Shown one piece after another: positions 60,055 to 64,000 of a DNA stretch of 64,000 nt. Location: the NCBI GenBank assembly GCA_963797635.1, contig CAWCPZ010000011.1:386667-450666 (forward strand), written 5' to 3'. A model generated the notes under the pieces. That model saw nothing but the letters and a program-made list of their open reading frames with translations, had not been told where the DNA came from and did no database searches. The first letter of the stretch is position 1, and every line of letters begins with the position of its first letter. Made by a program: the position numbers and the translations under genes. The DNA is from an uncultured Actinomycetes bacterium (GTDB taxonomy: Bacteria > Actinomycetota > UBA4738 > HRBIN12).

Positions 60055-61223
60055 CCGGCACCTCCTGCAGCAGGCCGTCCAGGATGCCGGCGGCCCGCTC
60101 GCATTCCTGCCACCGTGGGCACCATCGCCATCCGCACGTACCCCTCCCCTTCCGGCCCGAAGAACGAGCCCGGCGCCACGATCAGACCGCCACGTTCCAG
60201 CACCGTGATCGCCCAGTCGAGCGATGGTTCGCCTCCCGGCACCTTCACCCACAGGTAGAACGTGGCCTCGCTGCCCGCGACCTCCACGCCCCGTCGGGCG
60301 AACAGGTCGAGGAAGATCGCACGCTTCGTGGCGTAGCGGCGGCGATTGTCCTCGACGTGGACCTCGTCGTTCCAGGCCGCGACGCTGGCACGTTGGACGA
60401 ACTCCTGCGGGGTGACCCCCACGCTGGGGCGCAGCGCCTTGAGCGCCGCGATCAGGTCGGGGTCCCCGGCCGCGAACCCGCTCCGGTACCCGGTCATCGA
60501 GGAACGCTTCGACAGCGTGTTGACGGCCAGGACGTTCGCGAGGTCGCCGACTTGGAGCGCGCTCGCGGGCGGGCCTCCGTCGAACCAGAGCTCGCTGTAG
60601 GCCTCGTCGGAGGCCAGCAGCACGTCGTGCGCCCGGCAGCGTTCCGCCGCCTCCCGGTAGAACGCCAGCGGCGCGACGGCCCCGGTCGGGTTGTTCGGGT
60701 AGTTCAGCCACAGGATCGCGGCCCGTTCCCAGGTGGCGTCGTCGATCGAGTCCAGGTCGGGCAGGAACCCACGGTGCTCCACCAACGGCAGGCGGAGGAC
60801 CTCGCCGCCCACGAACCGGGCGCCCCGTTCCGGGATCGTGTACCCGGGCGCCGTGACGATCACGAGATCCTTGCCACCCGCGGGATCCAGGACCGCCTGC
60901 GCCAGCGAGAACACGATCTCCTTCGAACCCAGCAGCGGGAGCACGGCCGTCTCGGCATCCACCGTCACCTGGAACCGGCGCTCCAGCCAGCCCGCGATCG
61001 CGCCGCGCAGTTCGGGAAGTCCCGCCGCCCGCGGGTACGAGGAGATCGGTTCGATGGCCGCCCCGAGTGCCTCGCGGATGAAGGGAGCGGTGACCTCACG
61101 CGGGTCACCCACGCCGAAATCGATCAGGTCACGCCCCGACGCGAGGGCTTCGGCCTTGCGACGATCGAGCGCCTCGAACGGGTAGGGCTCGACGTTCCTG
61201 ATCCCCGGTGACAGGTGGGTCAC
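60051..61223 (-). CDS. dapC: class I/II aminotransferase, probable succinyldiaminopimelate aminotransferase; C-terminus shifted by a single-base indel near 60105-60112
   Basis: LNYPNNPTG, PLP-lysine region LSKRSSMTGYRSGF; deleting one G restores ...VPTVAECERAAGILDGLLQEVPA* ending in TGA that overlaps the dapD GTG; the apparent 665-aa DapC-DapD fusion in the track is this artefact. Confidence 0.75.
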
Positions 61224-62369
61224 GCACGCGCTCCTTCATCGGGCGCCGCGGCCGGCCGGTCCGGTCCGTCCAGACCCAGGAACCGGTGCAGCACCTCGAA
61301 CGAACGGACGATCGCCGCCACGTCCACCCGTTCGTCGTCCCGATGAGCGTACTGCGGGTGGCCCGGTCCGAAGTTCACCGCGTCCACGCCGATCGTGGCG
61401 AACTCCGCCACGGGGGTCCAGGCCTGCTTCGGACCCAACGTCAGGGAGCCCGCCGCCCGGAGCCGGCCCACCAACGGGTTCCGCACGTTCACCGGCCCCG
61501 GCGGGGCGTTGCCCACGATCTCCACCTGGATCCGCGGATCGGCCCCGAGGAGTTCGCGGAGCCGGGCTTCGGCATCATCGGGAGCGTGGGTGGGCGCATA
61601 GCGGTAGTTCACCGTTGCGCGGACCTGGTCGGGGATCACGTTGGCGGCGACCCCGCCTTCGATCGTGGTGACGTTGACCACCTCGCGGAACATCAGGCCA
61701 TCGATCTCCACGTCCCGATCGGGGAGGTCGGCGAGCGATGCGAGCGCGGCGATCGCGGTATGGATCGCGTTGTCGCCGAGCCAGGGACGCGCGCTGTGGG
61801 CCGCGGTGCCCTCGATCGTGACCAGCGCGTTCAGGTTGCCCAGGCACCCCACCTCGATCGCGTTGTCGGTGGGTTCCATGACGATCGCGAGATCGACGGT
61901 GGCCGCGGCGGCACACCGATCGAACAGGGGCAGCACGGCGCTCTCCGTGATCGGGAGCTCTTCCCGGCCGAAGAACAGGAACCCGACATCGAGGTCGCTC
62001 GCTGACGGGTCATGAGCGAGGCGGTCGGCCACCTCGAGCATCACGGCGAGCCCGGCCTTCATGTCGGCGGAGCCCTCGACCCACCACGGCGGTCGGTTCC
62101 CGGACGCCGGGCACCATCGCCCCCGCCGGCGGCACCGTGTCGACATGGCCCGCCAGCACGACGAAGGGAGCGTCCACCCGGCGCACCTTCGGGCCGAGGA
62201 ACAGCACGGGGTCTGCCTCGTCGAGGACCTCGAACGCCTCCGAAGGGATCGCCGTCCGGATCCACGCGAGCGCCGCCGCTTCCTCGCGGCTCACCGAGGG
62301 GATGTCGACGAGGGCGAGCGTGCGCTCGGCGAGCCGGTCGGCGAGGGCTGCCTGCGTGGTCCCGCTCAC
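61220..62369 (-). CDS. dapE: succinyl-diaminopimelate desuccinylase (M20 peptidase); reading frame broken by a single-base indel near 62070-62078
   Basis: N-terminus (ORF 62010..62369) VDIPSVSREE...LAGHVDTVPP; C-terminus (ORF 61220..62146) GSADMKAGLAVMLEVA...; deleting one G of a GGG run gives the canonical GRGSADMKAG. Confidence 0.82.
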
Positions 62370-63223
62370 ACCGTCGGTCGCTCGAGGTCGATCGTCCCGT
62401 CGAAGACGTGCTCGGCCGCCCCGGTCAGCAGCACGTCGTCCTCACGCCGCTCGACCTCGACCTCCCCGCCGGGGAACCCGATCGTCACCCGTTCGGGCAC
62501 CAGGCCCGCCTCGTTGGCCGCCACGGCGACCGCGCAGGCGCCGCTGCCGCAGGCCATCGTCTCCCCGCTCCCCCGCTCCCACACCCGCACCTTGATCCCG
62601 TCGGCCCCCACCTGGGCGAACTCCACGTTCGTGTGCTCGGGGAACAGGTCGTGCCGTTCGAGGGCCGGACCGATGTGCGCCACGTGGAACCGGTCGGGGT
62701 CCTCATCGAGGAACAGCACCAGATGCGGGTTCCCCATCGAGACCGCGCTCGCCGTCACCGACAGCCCCGGACCCACCTCGAACGGCTGCTGCAGGAACGT
62801 CTCCCACGCCGGCCCCCGCATCGGGATCGCGGCCTTCGTGAAGTTGGGGGCTCCCATCCCCACGGTGACGCGATCCACGTGGCCGCCGGCGCCCTCGTGC
62901 AGCACGAGGTGCTTGACCCCGGCGCGGGTCAACACGTCGAACTCCAGCTCGTCGGTGAGGCCCCGTTCGTGCACGAGCCGCCCGACGCATCGGATGCCGT
63001 TGCCGCACATCTCGGCGGTGCTGCCGTCGGCGTTGGCGTAGTCCATGAAGAAGCGGGCACCTTCGCGGTCGGTTCGCACCACCCGGATCACCCCGTCGGC
63101 ACCCACGCCGGTGCGGCGGTCACAGACCGCGGCCACCTCGTCGGGCTTCAGGGGGCGTTCGTCGTCCAGGTCCAGGACCATGACGAAATCGTTGCCGGTG
63201 CCCTGGTACTTCGAGAACTCCAT
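62366..63223 (-). CDS. dapF: diaminopimelate epimerase (start MEFSKYQGTGNDF)
   Basis: Catalytic Cys motifs MCGNGIRC and ACGSGACA; the upstream 52 codons of the track ORF are read-through. Confidence 0.92.
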   Translation of the reverse strand: MEFSKYQGTGNDFVMVLDLDDERPLKPDEVAAVCDRRTGVGADGVIRVVRTDREGARFFMDYANADGSTAEMCGNGIRCVGRLVHERGLTDELEFDVLTRAGVKHLVLHEGAGGHVDRVTVGMGAPNFTKAAIPMRGPAWETFLQQPFEVGPGLSVTASAVSMGNPHLVLFLDEDPDRFHVAHIGPALERHDLFPEHTNVEFAQVGADGIKVRVWERGSGETMACGSGACAVAVAANEAGLVPERVTIGFPGGEVEVERREDDVLLTGAAEHVFDGTIDLERPTV

Positions 63224-63228
63224 CTCGC

Positions 63229-64000
63229 TCACGCACCCTCCAGGTACGTCCGCACCTCGTCCACCACGTCCGGCGCGCCGCCCGATCCGGCCTCGAACCA
63301 TCGGATCCGTGGATCTCGTCGGAACCAGGCCATCTGCCGTCGCGCGAGGTTGCGGGTTCGCCGGTCGGTCAGCGTCCACGCCTCCTCGAGGCTCAGCCTA
63401 CCGTCGAGGTGGCGCGCAAGCTCGGCATAGCCGATCGCCTGTGTCGAGGTGAGCCAGTCCCCGAACCCCCGGTCCACGAGGCCACGGACCTCCTCCAGCC
63501 AGCCCGCGGCGAACATCGCCGAGACCCGGTCGGCGATCCTGGCCGCCAGTACCGGCTGGGCGATCGAGATCCCGGCCGCCCGCATCCGCTCGGGGTCGTA
63601 GCGATCCCACGAGGCGGAGAACCCGCTGAAGGGGGTCCCGGTGATCGCCGGTACCTCGAGCGCCCGCACGATCCGGCGGACGTTGCCGGGTTCGATCTTC
63701 GCCGCCGCAACGGGGTCGAGGGCTTCGAGCCGCGCGAACAGGCGCTCGGACCCGGCCGCCTCGGCCTCCCGCTCGAGCTCCTCGCGGACCGCGGGGTCCT
63801 CACCGGGGAACACGAGCTGGTCCACCACCGCCCGGAGATACAGACCGGACCCACCCACGAGGAGCGGCCGCGCGCCGCGTTCGGCGATGTCAGCCATCGC
63901 GAGCCGGGCGAGCTCCTGGAACCGGGCCACCGTGAAGCGTTCCGACGGCTCCGCGAGGTCCAGGAGATGGTGCGGCACCGCGGCGCGATCGGCCGTTGAT
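63229..64000 (-). CDS. miaA: tRNA dimethylallyltransferase, C-terminal ~255 codons (5' end beyond the window)
   Basis: LLVGGSGLYLRAVVD...NVRRIVRALEV...TRNLARRQMAWFRRDPRIRW; conserved miaA-dapF adjacency. Confidence 0.85.
   Translation of the reverse strand, partial: STADRAAVPHHLLDLAEPSERFTVARFQELARLAMADIAERGARPLLVGGSGLYLRAVVDQLVFPGEDPAVREELEREAEAAGSERLFARLEALDPVAAAKIEPGNVRRIVRALEVPAITGTPFSGFSASWDRYDPERMRAAGISIAQPVLAARIADRVSAMFAAGWLEEVRGLVDRGFGDWLTSTQAIGYAELARHLDGRLSLEEAWTLTDRRTRNLARRQMAWFRRDPRIRWFEAGSGGAPDVVDEVRTYLEGA

Noticed and set aside
59226-61223. Apparent 665-aa bifunctional DapC-DapD fusion protein
   Set aside because: The last ~25 residues of the aminotransferase part are nonsense. 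Deleting one base restores a normal DapC C-terminus with a TGA stop overlapping a GTG start for DapD (GTGA), so these are two genes.

Overview
This window is high-GC (~70%) and densely coding, almost entirely on the minus strand. Gene order follows actinobacterial housekeeping synteny known from Mycobacterium tuberculosis: alaS-ruvX-mltG-aroE, rarA, aspS, hisS-MBL hydrolase, dtd-rel-apt-secF-secD-yajC-ruvBAC, yebC-pdxT-pdxS, pimA-patA-pgsA1, HIT-thrS, nrdR-nrdJ, LysM/lexA, hflX and dapF-miaA. The taxon is my inference (Actinomycetota, possibly a deep-branching class). A type IV pilus ATPase/platform cluster pilB-pilT-pilC sits at the 5' end, followed by a standalone Roadblock/LC7 protein. There are four tRNA genes (Val-CAC, Val-GAC, Cys-GCA, Gly-GCC), the last three bracketing an apparently inserted zinc-ribbon/nucleotide-cyclase/STAND-ATPase/TPR gene. 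Between the two tRNA-Val genes lies a ~1.3 kb stretch holding an unassigned, structured, ORF-poor segment and a small secreted Cys-rich protein. NrdR boxes upstream of nrdJ and two LexA (Cheo) boxes in the LysM/lexA divergent region are readable directly. The most important technical observation is that at least nine genes (pilB, secF, a BNR protein, a DUF3048 protein, pimA, patA, a SIS protein, dapC, dapE) are split across reading frames by about 15 single-base indels, mostly in G/C runs. This is most simply explained by consensus errors in the assembly, not genuine pseudogenes. Several long ORFs in the supplied track are artefacts of this or of antisense/upstream read-through. Other notable items are a SecD with a triple Cys-pair repeat insert, a PilT with a Gly-rich tail, and a contiguous dapF-dapE-dapC-dapD block.
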